A stretch of 64,000 nucleotides of DNA. Source: a virus. The first letter of the stretch is position 1. Each line of letters begins with the position of its first letter. The notes under the pieces were generated by a model, which was not told the DNA's origin, did no database searches, and saw nothing but the letters and a program-made list of their open reading frames with translations. Below, one piece after another: positions 54,490-64,000 of the stretch. Location: positions 12,595 to 76,594 of IMG/VR virus record IMGVR_UViG_3300021138_000017; one strand, given 5' to 3'. Made by a program: the position numbers and the translations under genes.

Positions 54490-56093
54490 TATTGACTAGT
54501 TGAACCTTGTTCAGATAATACTTGCGAAGCAGTAGAAGCTGCCGTTTGTAAGGCACTAGTAACGGCATTGCCAGTTTGTGTTATGGAAAAACCTGGTGGT
54601 ATCGCAGGAGCACTAGGAGGTACACTGTTTGTTCCATCAGATAAGGACACGTTAACTTTAGTTCCTTGATTATGATAAGGCCAAGGTTCGTGTGTTGGGG
54701 CTCTTGTAACAACACTTTGAAGTTTTGTTGCAGATACTTGCCAGCCCGTTGATGTATTAAAATCAGCATCAGGCATCAAGTAAGTAGTAAGACCTTTGGG
54801 AGTTTGTAGTGATCCTGTAACCCCAGAAGATGTTCCAGAATTTAAATCGATACCTGTGCCATCAAAACTTAAACTGCCGCCGGCAGTCCAAGCTCCGTCA
54901 TTACTTTTCAACGCTAAAGCTCCTCCTGTATTGACACCTATACTTGTTTGTCCATATAATTCTAATTCTTGCTTAGATATTATAGCAAAATTTTGATTGC
55001 TTTGTATTATTGTATCAAGATTACTTAATATAGACAAATTACCGCCAGCATTGATATTAATGTCTTGATCGGCATGAAGATTCAATGTTCCTCTAGTTCT
55101 TAAATTAACACTGTTAGTAGTAAAAATATCTAATGTACCTTCTTGTCCCAATTCAATCCAAGCCTGTCCATTGGCATGAGCTATATATAAACACTTTCCA
55201 TCGTCACTCATTGTAATTTGATGACCCAATGCAGTACGAATACGAATTAATTGATTAGAACCATTAATATCTCCGTCATCCATTACAAAACTATGCCCAC
55301 CACGACGACCAACTACTGCTGTTTGTGCTGCCGTTACGTTACCTGACTCTATTTGTTTAACCGCAGTACTGTCTTGTAACCCTCCGGCGTATATTGGTCT
55401 ACCAGGAGTTGAAATGCCGTGAGCACTACTAGGACTTTCTCGTTGACTAGAACTAGTCACTGATCCGCGAATAGGATCATTAACTAATCCCTGTTGGAAT
55501 AACGCACTGGCAACATAACTATGAACTGGTTTAGTTTGATTAAAAAATTGTGGATTCTCTACAATTTGAGTATTTTCCGGAGCGTTATTAATTTCAACAA
55601 CAGGCAATTGTGTTGATTTATTAAAATAAGCAGTCTGATCTTTATTTTGTGGCGCAAACTGTGTAGCGGCTCCTATAGTAGGAGTCATATGATTCATGCC
55701 TTGCTCTTGTATACATCCTATATAGTAACCACCGTTGGGATCTCCTGCTACTAAAAAACACAAAACTTTAACTCCAATGTCAGGTACTTGAAAACTCATA
55801 CCATAACTTTGTTGATTGCTAGTTGAACCATATGTTCCCACACCAGCACTTGTGCTTGACTTAGGAGTTGCTCCAGCATAAGGACTTACATAACTCATAG
55901 TACGCCAAGAACTTGGTGAACTTTTGTTTCCTGCGGCAAACTGTTTTATATAGACTTGTATTCTGCCACTACGTGTTGGATCTATATTGTTCATTACTTC
56001 TCCAACATAAGGCCCAAATTCTGTAGGCATTCCGCCAGCATCAAATTTATAATTTTCTGAACGACCGGTGCTTCTTACTATATTTTCTGCCAT
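54489..56093 (-). CDS. baseplate central spike, gp5/VgrG-like
   Basis: G.V.NN.DP…GRIQV OB-fold, PD.G..V, GHSFVMDD, RT..GH beta-helix, RAPTHEPW tip. Confidence 0.8.
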   Translation of the reverse strand: MAENIVRSTGRSENYKFDAGGMPTEFGPYVGEVMNNIDPTRSGRIQVYIKQFAAGNKSSPSSWRTMSYVSPYAGATPKSSTSAGVGTYGSTSNQQSYGMSFQVPDIGVKVLCFLVAGDPNGGYYIGCIQEQGMNHMTPTIGAATQFAPQNKDQTAYFNKSTQLPVVEINNAPENTQIVENPQFFNQTKPVHSYVASALFQQGLVNDPIRGSVTSSSQRESPSSAHGISTPGRPIYAGGLQDSTAVKQIESGNVTAAQTAVVGRRGGHSFVMDDGDINGSNQLIRIRTALGHQITMSDDGKCLYIAHANGQAWIELGQEGTLDIFTTNSVNLRTRGTLNLHADQDININAGGNLSILSNLDTIIQSNQNFAIISKQELELYGQTSIGVNTGGALALKSNDGAWTAGGSLSFDGTGIDLNSGTSSGVTGSLQTPKGLTTYLMPDADFNTSTGWQVSATKLQSVVTRAPTHEPWPYHNQGTKVNVSLSDGTNSVPPSAPAIPPGFSITQTGNAVTSALQTAASTASQVLSEQGSTSQ

Positions 56094-56108
56094 TTTAGTA
56101 TCCTATAA

Positions 56109-57998
56109 TTAGTTTTCAGATGAATCGTCTCCGGGTGCCATTGTTTGCGGTTGTTGATTAGTTTGCAAACTATCTGATATTGAATTCAAAGATAAACCTC
56201 CGCCTCCGTTAAAAGTAAAAGGATTATCAGGGTTGGCAATACTAGCAGGTACAGATACTACTTCGCCATTAGAACTCACTGGATCTGCCGGAGCTGCTGG
56301 TTGTGTTATGGGATTACTTATAAATCCACTATTTGGACTAACAGCTGGACTAGGACTTTGTGATGTTAACCCACCAGTTGCGTTCCAGCCTAACCCATTA
56401 TTGGTTAAAACATCACTGTTTATAATTGAAGATCTCACAGCGCCTGTTAAAGGCCCAGAAAATGTAAATGGATTATTTGGATTTATAATAGATTTAAGAT
56501 CTTGACGTTTATTATTTTTAAGACTTTGGCTTTCACTAGCTTTTCTAGCGTTTTCCTGTAGCTGGTCTCTTGCCAAAGCATAATTGTCTTGATAAATTAT
56601 ACCCTCGAGTTCTTGTTCAAATTTTCCCTGCCTAAAAGAACTTATAATTTTTTTTCCTGTATAAAGCAATCGTGCTTGCGGTTGAAGTAAATCTGGAATA
56701 CCGTTAGTAATATATTGAGCGTTGGTATCGACTAGTCCTGTATCAAAATTATAATCAGCTGGTCGATTGAATACAATACCAAAGAATACTTGACCTGTTT
56801 CTGTATTGATAGATCCATCTTCATAAAATGGCGTATAATTAAAATTTTCAGCAGATATCGAATTAGTTAATTCTCCTTGAAGTATCAAGCCAGGATCACC
56901 GACAATTTTTAATCTTACTTCTCCCTTGTTTGTTACAGAATATAACCAGTCGGCAGCACTTGCTCCAATTAAGCCTGCTCCGTCGGGCGCATATTGACTA
57001 CTAACAGATAGACCAGGAGAATATGATTTTGAAATTAAAGGAGTGTTATCATTTTGAGAAGGATCTACTGTGTTTTTTAAATTTGTTAGTATTCCCGAAC
57101 TGGCAGCTCCGGCCCCGTCTGGTGCCGCAGTCAATATTTGATAAAACACGGCATTGTAATCTTGTTCAAAATTTAATACTTGAGTATTTGCGCCAGTAAA
57201 CCAATAATTAAAAAGTTTGTGTACCCCTCTAAATGCGCCTGGACTAAAAAATTGACTTCGTAAATCAGTAATCGAATATTGATTAATTATAAAAGTCATT
57301 TTATAAGCCCACAAGTTACGGATACTATCCCACCCAAGATTTTCTGACTTAAAAGAAATTTTGTACCAATTTATGCCTCTTGTAGAATTTTTCAGCTTTG
57401 GATCAGGTGTAAATTTTCCAGTTTCAGAATCAATAGTTCCGGCAGCTTGCTTTGTAATATAAGTGCTAGTTCGCATAACTTGATCAATAAATTGAACAAT
57501 TTGAGTCCCTGCTGTGACTTCAATAATTCTTGTGTTTGAATCCATTCTGTTACTGTTGGGTAGCTTATTTTTAGCAGAATTTGTACTACTAGACATACCT
57601 ACTAGTTTATAATTTGTTGTACCAGTTAACTGAACTTTTTCAGACCCTAAAGTCGCTGGGGCAAATTTAATTTCATATTGATCAGGTATTTGGCACAAAC
57701 CTTTTTCTTTTAACTTAACTTGAAATGAGTTGAGAGCATCACATAAACCAGTAAAAACAGTAATAGTATTAGGGCTAGGAGCACTGTCAGCTTTAGGAGG
57801 AGCAGAATTAGTTGAAGAGTTTATACCTAACTGTTTTTGTCTTCCTAATATTTGTGCTTTTCTAGCTTTGTCAACATCTGCTTGTGTGGCTCCTATTGGT
57901 AAATCTATAGCCAACCCAGAACCTCGACTGCCATTAGCTGCAGCCGGGTTAGACGTAAAAGGGTTTAGTTTACTGATTCCAGGCATTACAATTCCCAA
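56109..57998 (-). CDS. baseplate hub-like protein, C-terminal part (start TTG 57998 or ATG 57986)
   Basis: K.FNYWFTG.N..VL.F, LKIVGDP, F..GKFEQEL; upstream of the spike gene. Confidence 0.6.
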   Translation of the reverse strand: MGIVMPGISKLNPFTSNPAAANGSRGSGLAIDLPIGATQADVDKARKAQILGRQKQLGINSSTNSAPPKADSAPSPNTITVFTGLCDALNSFQVKLKEKGLCQIPDQYEIKFAPATLGSEKVQLTGTTNYKLVGMSSSTNSAKNKLPNSNRMDSNTRIIEVTAGTQIVQFIDQVMRTSTYITKQAAGTIDSETGKFTPDPKLKNSTRGINWYKISFKSENLGWDSIRNLWAYKMTFIINQYSITDLRSQFFSPGAFRGVHKLFNYWFTGANTQVLNFEQDYNAVFYQILTAAPDGAGAASSGILTNLKNTVDPSQNDNTPLISKSYSPGLSVSSQYAPDGAGLIGASAADWLYSVTNKGEVRLKIVGDPGLILQGELTNSISAENFNYTPFYEDGSINTETGQVFFGIVFNRPADYNFDTGLVDTNAQYITNGIPDLLQPQARLLYTGKKIISSFRQGKFEQELEGIIYQDNYALARDQLQENARKASESQSLKNNKRQDLKSIINPNNPFTFSGPLTGAVRSSIINSDVLTNNGLGWNATGGLTSQSPSPAVSPNSGFISNPITQPAAPADPVSSNGEVVSVPASIANPDNPFTFNGGGGLSLNSISDSLQTNQQPQTMAPGDDSSEN

Positions 57999-58026
57999 AA
58001 GTGTTATATGTAATCATAAATATTCC

Positions 58027-59397
58027 TTAAAAATTTCCAGCAGTAAAGTCCATACCGCCCGGTGTAAATAATGGATTATCTCTTCCAGTGGCAATACTAG
58101 GCAATGATATAGGCGCAGTTGTTTCTGCTGGCGCAGGCGGAGCAGCTTTGTTACTACTTTTAGTATTAGTACTTTCTCTTCCTTCTACAGCCTGTCGACC
58201 AGTTGATCCGTTGCCATTTAGAATTTGCTCAAGAGTTTTGCCCACCAAATGCATGTTAAAAGGAATTGATGCTCTTTGTGTTGATGTATGTAACGAATAT
58301 GGTATAGCAATTCCTTCAATTTTGTATTCAATTCCTTTACTAGCTAATTTGTAGTTAAGATTTTTTAATTTAAACGGAAAATATTTTCTTACAATAAGTC
58401 CTTGTTCTGTTTTTATTCCTCCTGTTTGATTTCCTGGTTTACCTGGAGACCATAAATTGCCTTGATCGTCGTATCCCCAAAATGTTACTACCATAACATA
58501 GGTAACATTACCGTAATCTGGTGTAATTGCCTGCTTGGGGTCAAAAGTAGTTGTTCCTGCTGTTTTTGTTTGAAATTCTTTATAAAAAGTTTTAACTGCT
58601 TGAGCTAATATGTTTGGAAGAGTTATGCCCGAGGGTTCAAACACAGTGAATTCCAAAGTTGAAACTGAATGAGCACTATTTGTGCCTTTACCAACTAACA
58701 AAGAAGTCATTGTTAAATTGTCAATATAAAAATCATTGGAAAAATATTGATTTCTACCACCTACTGGTTGATTATTATTTTGTGTTGTATTTTTTTGTGA
58801 TGGAGGAGCAGCACCACCGCTTTGTACTAATAATGACCAAGTTTCAAAATTGGGATTTGTTAAAGCAAAAGTATTAAATTGTTCTTGTGTTATCAAATAC
58901 CAACCCAATGTATAAGTATAACTGGCGTACTGATCCAACACATTAGGCTGAGTAATAATTTTACCCGGAGTTATATCCGCTCCGTCAATTTCAGCATTGA
59001 CGCCCGACACGGTGTTGGGACCATAATTATCATCATTACTTTGAGCAACACCCGGAGTAGAGGCCGCACTATTAGGATTTCCTGTATTAGGCACTTGCCC
59101 TGCTGTGCCGTTAGCATTAGCTGGGGTTGACTGCGACTGTTCTGTTGTAACAGTAGGAGATGTTGAATTACTTGGATTTTCAACAATGTTAAGTACTATT
59201 TGCGTTCTTTCCGTTATTGCCCGTACGGCCTGAAGCTTTACTTCGGCCGCTTGTTGTAAATATTCAGTAGCTTGTGTGTCATTACCTGATTCAGTTGCAG
59301 CTTTAGCTTGAGCAGTCAGAGTATTATATTGACTCATAAGAGCTGTTACTCTAGCATCTACTTCAATATATTCAGGTGAATCAGTAAAGGATGCCAT
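58027..59397 (-). CDS. baseplate hub-like protein, N-terminal part
   Basis: PNVLDQYASYTY, FYIDNL, F.V.EP.G.TL, F.GYDD.G motifs. Confidence 0.6.
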   Translation of the reverse strand: MASFTDSPEYIEVDARVTALMSQYNTLTAQAKAATESGNDTQATEYLQQAAEVKLQAVRAITERTQIVLNIVENPSNSTSPTVTTEQSQSTPANANGTAGQVPNTGNPNSAASTPGVAQSNDDNYGPNTVSGVNAEIDGADITPGKIITQPNVLDQYASYTYTLGWYLITQEQFNTFALTNPNFETWSLLVQSGGAAPPSQKNTTQNNNQPVGGRNQYFSNDFYIDNLTMTSLLVGKGTNSAHSVSTLEFTVFEPSGITLPNILAQAVKTFYKEFQTKTAGTTTFDPKQAITPDYGNVTYVMVVTFWGYDDQGNLWSPGKPGNQTGGIKTEQGLIVRKYFPFKLKNLNYKLASKGIEYKIEGIAIPYSLHTSTQRASIPFNMHLVGKTLEQILNGNGSTGRQAVEGRESTNTKSSNKAAPPAPAETTAPISLPSIATGRDNPLFTPGGMDFTAGNF

Positions 59398-59398
59398 A

Positions 59399-59698
59399 TT
59401 AAATTCCTAACACTGATTTTAGTGTGTTAATATTTGGCAAATATATCTGTGTTCCAGAAGTAAAATCAAATGGTGGAGAATTTAAAGTATTGGGATTACG
59501 TTGGTAAAATACCCACCACAAATTACTGTTAGAATACAAGTCAAATGCCAATAAATCTGGTCTATATTGATAAGTTAAATTTATTGTAAAGTATTGATCA
59601 TCGGGATATTTTGGTATAGGTCGATTTACCATTACATCCAAAAAAAACTGACTGTATTGTGTATTATAATACGGGCTAGATGTGTCATAAACTGCCAT
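59399..59698 (-). CDS. baseplate wedge protein, gp53/LysM-like
   Basis: YQYRPDLLAFDLY….LWWVF..RN; ATG 59698 overlaps the upstream stop. Confidence 0.75.
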   Translation of the reverse strand: MAVYDTSSPYYNTQYSQFFLDVMVNRPIPKYPDDQYFTINLTYQYRPDLLAFDLYSNSNLWWVFYQRNPNTLNSPPFDFTSGTQIYLPNINTLKSVLGI

Positions 59699-60960
59699 TA
59701 CCAAAATCCTCCTTTAAGTCCGTTGCCGTTGGCATAATTAGCTAGACTAAATTGTGTACTGACTTTTTGTCTACTTACTACCGGTAACAACTGTATAGTT
59801 ATAGTCATTTTAGTTGGAACATAAGTTGGCGGCTGAGGCGCATTTGTCGCAGGAAACCCAAAAAGCAAACTACCAACTTGTGAAACTGCCCCTATAGTAG
59901 CCCCGGCATTAGTTAATCTTGAAATAGCAGAATAAGCTCCTGTGGTTCCCAAATTAGATAATGCGTTTGTAACTCCGCCCAACGGAACAGAACTTCCAGC
60001 TTGATTGACAGTATTTGCTCTTATATAATCAACATCATCAGGTAAAGAATAATTGAATGAGGTTAATACACAAGGGTGTTTGTTAAACTGGTATTGCCCT
60101 AGTCCAGATAAAAATAGCAATGGTGGCGGCGCACCACGTTTAGGATCTTGTCCATAAAACATTTTAGATACACTTTTAAAAAAGTGTATAACAGCCAAAA
60201 GATAATTGGCATCTTGTGTGTTTTGAGCTGTGAAAAAAGCAGTTATGTTTATAGGATCAACGTTACTACTTTGATAAAAATATGATTTGTAATTTGAGTG
60301 TGTTAAATCAAATGTTTGGTAATTGGCTTTAAATCCTACATCAATTTTAGGAGTATAGGGAAATATTACACCATCAGTAGCGGCCAGCGGAGCTAATATA
60401 CCAGGTCCTGAATTTGGTATAGTTTTTATAGGAGTAGCTTTATAAAGATAATCTGCGTTTTGTGCTAACTGTAATCGCACACGCCAGTCATTACTAGATG
60501 TTGTTACACCACCAACAGCTGACCTCGATGGTTGTTTTTTTGCGTTGAACACTCCAGATATAACATTAGATATCGAAAAACCTGGATTAGCTTGTTGTAC
60601 AAGACTACTGGTGGTATCAAGTTCAGGAGAATTTGCGTATGGATCTTCGGCCGGAGCCGGACTAGCTTGTTGTACAAGACTACTAGTAGGATCAAGTTCA
60701 GGAGAATTTGCGTATGGATCTTCGGCCTGTTGAACAAGACTACTGGTGGTATCAAGTTCAGGTGGAGCATTATATCCATCTAAAAATGTTTCTAAAGGAT
60801 CTGGTTGAGTATTGATAGATACTACAGATGTTTGTTCAGTTTTATCCGAAGGAACTTCAGGATCAGGCGGATTATTCTGAACAGTATTTGTATCAAATGG
60901 AACATTTGTAATCGATCCATCTGGATTAACTATCAAATTTGGTCTTGGTGTTATTGCCAT
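59698..60960 (-). CDS. tail tube initiator/baseplate protein with acidic repeat N-terminus
   Basis: DWRVRL, G..FPYTP, THSNY, G.PPP…L.G.G, P.V..F.Y.LP.DVDYI. Confidence 0.65.
   Translation of the reverse strand: MAITPRPNLIVNPDGSITNVPFDTNTVQNNPPDPEVPSDKTEQTSVVSINTQPDPLETFLDGYNAPPELDTTSSLVQQAEDPYANSPELDPTSSLVQQASPAPAEDPYANSPELDTTSSLVQQANPGFSISNVISGVFNAKKQPSRSAVGGVTTSSNDWRVRLQLAQNADYLYKATPIKTIPNSGPGILAPLAATDGVIFPYTPKIDVGFKANYQTFDLTHSNYKSYFYQSSNVDPINITAFFTAQNTQDANYLLAVIHFFKSVSKMFYGQDPKRGAPPPLLFLSGLGQYQFNKHPCVLTSFNYSLPDDVDYIRANTVNQAGSSVPLGGVTNALSNLGTTGAYSAISRLTNAGATIGAVSQVGSLLFGFPATNAPQPPTYVPTKMTITIQLLPVVSRQKVSTQFSLANYANGNGLKGGFW
60588..60762 (-). repeat. in-frame tandem repeat, about 2.5 copies of a 60-75 nt unit (AEDPYANSPELD[TP]TSSLVQQ)
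   Basis: Near-identical DNA copies visible directly. Confidence 0.9.
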
Positions 60961-60977
60961 TATTTTATCCTATACCA

Positions 60978-60983
60978 TATTTA
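60978..60983 (-). promoter_or_regulatory. late promoter (CA)TAAATA heading the structural operon
   Basis: Same core also at 52207-52212, 52622-52627, 33997-34002 and 33215-33220, all upstream of structural genes. Confidence 0.7.
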
Positions 60984-61018
60984 TGACTATAATAAAGTGT
61001 CCATTTAATATAAAAAGG

Positions 61019-61046
61019 TTGACTTCTGTTGTTTTTGTGCTACAAT
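61019..61046 (+). promoter_or_regulatory. sigma70-type promoter TTGACT-N16-(TG)TACAAT
   Basis: Upstream of SD AGGAG and GTG 61072. Confidence 0.65.
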
Positions 61047-61071
61047 AAATAATTACTCAGGAGATTAACTA

Positions 61072-61989
61072 GTGGCCACAACCGCAATAGGAAAACAAGG
61101 AACTAAAACAATATATCTCAATAATCGAGATATTCTAACACAAATACATCTTAGTAAAAATACTTACTGTTCATTTTTAGATCCCGTAAACGATCATCAG
61201 TATGATATTATATTACCCAGTGTGTTAAAAATAAATCAGCGTACTGTAGCAGAAGCTAGACGTAATCGAGCTGATCGTATTAAAAAAGAAACAGGGGTAG
61301 TTGTTGATCCTAAAAAAATCCCAAATACAGATTTAGTATTTAGAATTACGTGTTGGGATCATATACCAATGGCTCCTAAAAAGATACCCAAAACTGCTAC
61401 AAAAAAGAAAAAAATTGAAGATTTATTTGATTTTGATGTAGCAGAAGAAGATGATATTTTGCCCCCGTTACCAGAAGATAATTTAATGAGTGACAAATAT
61501 GTAAGACTTCCTTTTCCGCCTTTTTATCATTATAGAATAGACGAAAATAAAGAACCTTATATTGTGGGCAAAAGCCACTGGAAAGGTGATTTAAACAAAG
61601 GAGAATTTTGTAAAGATCACGGAACCATGACACGTATTTTAGCTACTATGTTTATGAAATTGTGTGATCGATATGCTACTCGTAGTAACTGGCGAGGTTA
61701 TACATACAATGAAGAAATGCGTGGGGCGGCATTAGTTCAACTTAGTCAAATTGGATTACGGTTTGATGAATCTAAATCACAAAATCCATTTGCTTACTAT
61801 ACGGCAGCTATTACAAATTCATTCACTCACGTTTTAAATAGTGAAAAGAAAAATCAAAATATACGTGATGACATGTTAGAAATGAATGGGTTGAATCCTA
61901 GCTGGACTCGACAAAATGCCGGTAAAAAAGATCCAAACTCTGAATCGATTGTGACTATTACAAATTTTAGCGAAGAAGTACCAGAATAA
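61072..61989 (+). CDS. gp55: late-transcription sigma factor, T4 gp55-like
   Basis: YTYNEEM…FDESKSQNPFAYYT….NSF…EKK; adjacent to gp47/46. Confidence 0.8.
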   Translation: MATTAIGKQGTKTIYLNNRDILTQIHLSKNTYCSFLDPVNDHQYDIILPSVLKINQRTVAEARRNRADRIKKETGVVVDPKKIPNTDLVFRITCWDHIPMAPKKIPKTATKKKKIEDLFDFDVAEEDDILPPLPEDNLMSDKYVRLPFPPFYHYRIDENKEPYIVGKSHWKGDLNKGEFCKDHGTMTRILATMFMKLCDRYATRSNWRGYTYNEEMRGAALVQLSQIGLRFDESKSQNPFAYYTAAITNSFTHVLNSEKKNQNIRDDMLEMNGLNPSWTRQNAGKKDPNSESIVTITNFSEEVPE

Positions 61990-62025
61990 TTGTATTTGCT
62001 GACATAATAGTATATACTTTTGTAT

Positions 62026-63042
62026 ATGACAAATCTATTTAAAAAAGCCGCAGTGATGACAGATATTCACTGGGGCTTAAAATCTAACAGTCTAGTTCAT
62101 AATCAGGATTGCGAAGCATTCGTTGATTGGTTTATAAAAAAAGCCAAAGATGAAGGTTGTGAAACTGGAATGTTCTTAGGAGATTGGCACAATCATCGCG
62201 CCAGTATTAATTTACAAACACTACAATTTAGTGTTAGAGCATTGGAAAAATTAAGTCAAGCATTTGATTGTTTTTACTTTATTCCTGGCAACCATGATTT
62301 ATATTATCGTGACAAACGTGATATACACGGAGCAGAATGGGCTAAACATATTCCAAATATTATTATTGTCAACGATTGGTTTAAACAAGATAATGTTATT
62401 ATAGCTCCGTGGCTAGTTGGCGATGATTACAAACGCCTACACAAAATGTCTGCTGATTATATGTTTGGACATTTTGAACTTCCGCATTTTAAAATGAATG
62501 CTATGGTTGAAATGCCTGACCATGGAGATATCAAATTAGATCACTTTGGTGGGGTTGGCAGTGTGTTTAGCGGTCATTTTCATTTGCGTCAAAAAAGAAA
62601 TAATGTAACTTATATAGGAAATTGTTTTCCGCATAACTTTGCCGATGCCGGCGACGAAGATCGAGGCATGATGGTATTAGAGTGGGGCAAGTCTCCGTTA
62701 TTTTATGCTTGGGATGAGCAGCCGTTATATCGTGTTATGAAATTAAGTGAAGCCATTGACCAAGGTGAAAATATTTTAAAGAAAAATATGCATGTTCGTG
62801 TGGAATTAGATATTGATATATCATACGAAGAAGCTTCTTTTATCAAAGAAACATTTATACAATCACACAACCTACGAGAAATGGCTCTAATACCTAACAA
62901 GCGCACAGATGTTGATGTAGACTTAGCACCCGGCGAAGTAAAATTTGAAAGTGTTGATCAAATTGTTACCGATCAACTTACTAATATAGAATCAGAATTT
63001 TATGATCCTAAACTACTATTGAAAATATATCAAAATCTATGA
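62026..63042 (+). CDS. gp47: Mre11/SbcD-like recombination nuclease, gp47 (start revised to ATG 62026)
   Basis: TDIHWG, FLGDW, PGNHD, GHFE, SGHFH; promoter TTGTAT-N17-TATACT at 61990-62018. Confidence 0.9.
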   Translation: MTNLFKKAAVMTDIHWGLKSNSLVHNQDCEAFVDWFIKKAKDEGCETGMFLGDWHNHRASINLQTLQFSVRALEKLSQAFDCFYFIPGNHDLYYRDKRDIHGAEWAKHIPNIIIVNDWFKQDNVIIAPWLVGDDYKRLHKMSADYMFGHFELPHFKMNAMVEMPDHGDIKLDHFGGVGSVFSGHFHLRQKRNNVTYIGNCFPHNFADAGDEDRGMMVLEWGKSPLFYAWDEQPLYRVMKLSEAIDQGENILKKNMHVRVELDIDISYEEASFIKETFIQSHNLREMALIPNKRTDVDVDLAPGEVKFESVDQIVTDQLTNIESEFYDPKLLLKIYQNL

Positions 63043-63069
63043 TCCAAAAAATAGACTTACCTGTTCCGT

Positions 63070-63966
63070 ATGCTAAATAATGTTGAGGAGATTATTAATA
63101 TGTCAGCATACTCAATAAAAACATGGCTTAACAAAGGATTTACCAAAGAAGAGGCAAAATATCAGATTGCTATCCGGCGTCCAAATAATGTATTGTACTA
63201 CATTAGCAAAGGACTTAGTAAAGCTGAAGCAGAACAAGCGGTTAAGGATAGGCAAAGTAAAGGTGGGCAAGCGCGAAAAAATATGTCTGCTGAAGAAAAG
63301 CGAGCATTAACACCTCGCTGTGTTGAATTTTACTTAGCTAAAGGCATGAGTATAGAAGAAGCTAATATTGCGTTGGGCGATTTTCAAACAATGTTTTCAA
63401 AATCTAAATGTATCAGGAAGCACGGCGAAGAAGAGGGTTTGCGAATATTTAATGCAAGGCAAGATAAATGGCAAGCAACACTTAACGATAAGTCAAACGA
63501 AGAGAAAGATGAAATTAATTCACGCAAAAATCGATGGATTAATTTAACCGAAGAGGAATCAATTGCATTAAAGGAGCAAGTAGGCGCTAAAGTTAGAGCC
63601 ACAACATCGCAAAGAACTGCCGAAGAGAGCAGAGCAATAGGCAATAGTATTCGGTCCGGTATGGTAACAACTGGGCGAGCTACTCCTGAAGAATTAGTTG
63701 ATAAGTTTTTACTTTACAAACGAAAAGTATGGGCCGAAACTAATCGGAATGATTTATCGAGTTTACTACACTATGGTCTACGCAGTCGCACAGGATATCA
63801 CTTAGATCACAAATACAGTATTTTTCAAGGCTTTGTTGATAACACACCTCCGGAAATTGTTGGGCATATTAACAATTTAGAAATGCTACCATATCAAGAA
63901 AATTTATCAAAATTTAACAAATGTTCAATAACGCTAGAACAACTTTTAGAAAGCATCAATGATTAA
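63070..63966 (+). mobile_element. free-standing HNH-type homing endonuclease (start probably ATG 63100)
   Basis: Repeated 'KG.S.EEA' helical units; C-terminal YHLDHKYS…GHINNL..L…EN.SK; SD GAGGAG before 63100; inserted between gp47 and gp46. Confidence 0.75.
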
Positions 63967-64000
63967 AATAAAAAATATGTCAGTTAAAAATTTCATGTCG
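63959..64000 (+). CDS. gp46: start of Rad50/SbcC-like ATPase gp46 (truncated by the window)
   Basis: MIKIKNMSVKNFMS, the typical N-terminus; follows gp47. Confidence 0.75.
   Translation, partial: MIKIKNMSVKNFMS

Noticed and set aside
60588-60762. Repeat as a possible CRISPR mini-array
   Set aside because: Units are contiguous, in frame and lack unique spacers; no cas genes.
1-64000. Stop-codon reassignment, as in some jumbo phages
   Set aside because: Genes are full length and densely packed under the standard code; TGA and TAA both terminate coupled genes.
1-64000. tRNA, rRNA or structured ncRNA genes
   Set aside because: Intergenic gaps are nearly all under about 110 bp and AT-rich; no cloverleaf or T-loop signature was seen by eye.

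Overview
AT-rich segment of a jumbo, T4-module myophage genome read with the standard genetic code. No tRNA, rRNA or CRISPR array was seen. Left (+ strand): a run of small paralogous early ORFs with sigma70-type promoters, a HExxH/vWA protein, thyX, an NDP-sugar epimerase and a glycosyltransferase. Centre (7.8-21.7 kb): a dense ~14 kb enzyme cluster that looks like a secondary-metabolite or post-translational-modification pathway. It contains a Bug/TctC binding protein, an ABM-like protein, four SGGxDS adenylating enzymes in two paralog pairs, a rewired PurD-like ATP-grasp ligase, a Rieske oxygenase, a fatty-acid desaturase, two GNAT-like proteins, two 2OG-Fe oxygenases, two radical SAM enzymes and a methyltransferase-like protein. 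It carries TAAATA late-promoter motifs and is bracketed by paralogous glycosyltransferases. Right (- strand): further glycosyltransferases, a 1959-aa Gly/Cys/Pro-rich multi-module fibre/adhesin, fibre and baseplate genes (4909-aa giant, gp6-, gp25-, gp5-, gp53-like). The window ends (+ strand) with a gp55-like late sigma factor, gp47, an HNH homing endonuclease and the start of gp46. The best candidate for an undescribed system is the late-expressed enzyme cluster together with its possible substrate, the Cys/Pro-substituted glycine-rich fibre. All functional calls come from motifs read by eye, with no database searches.
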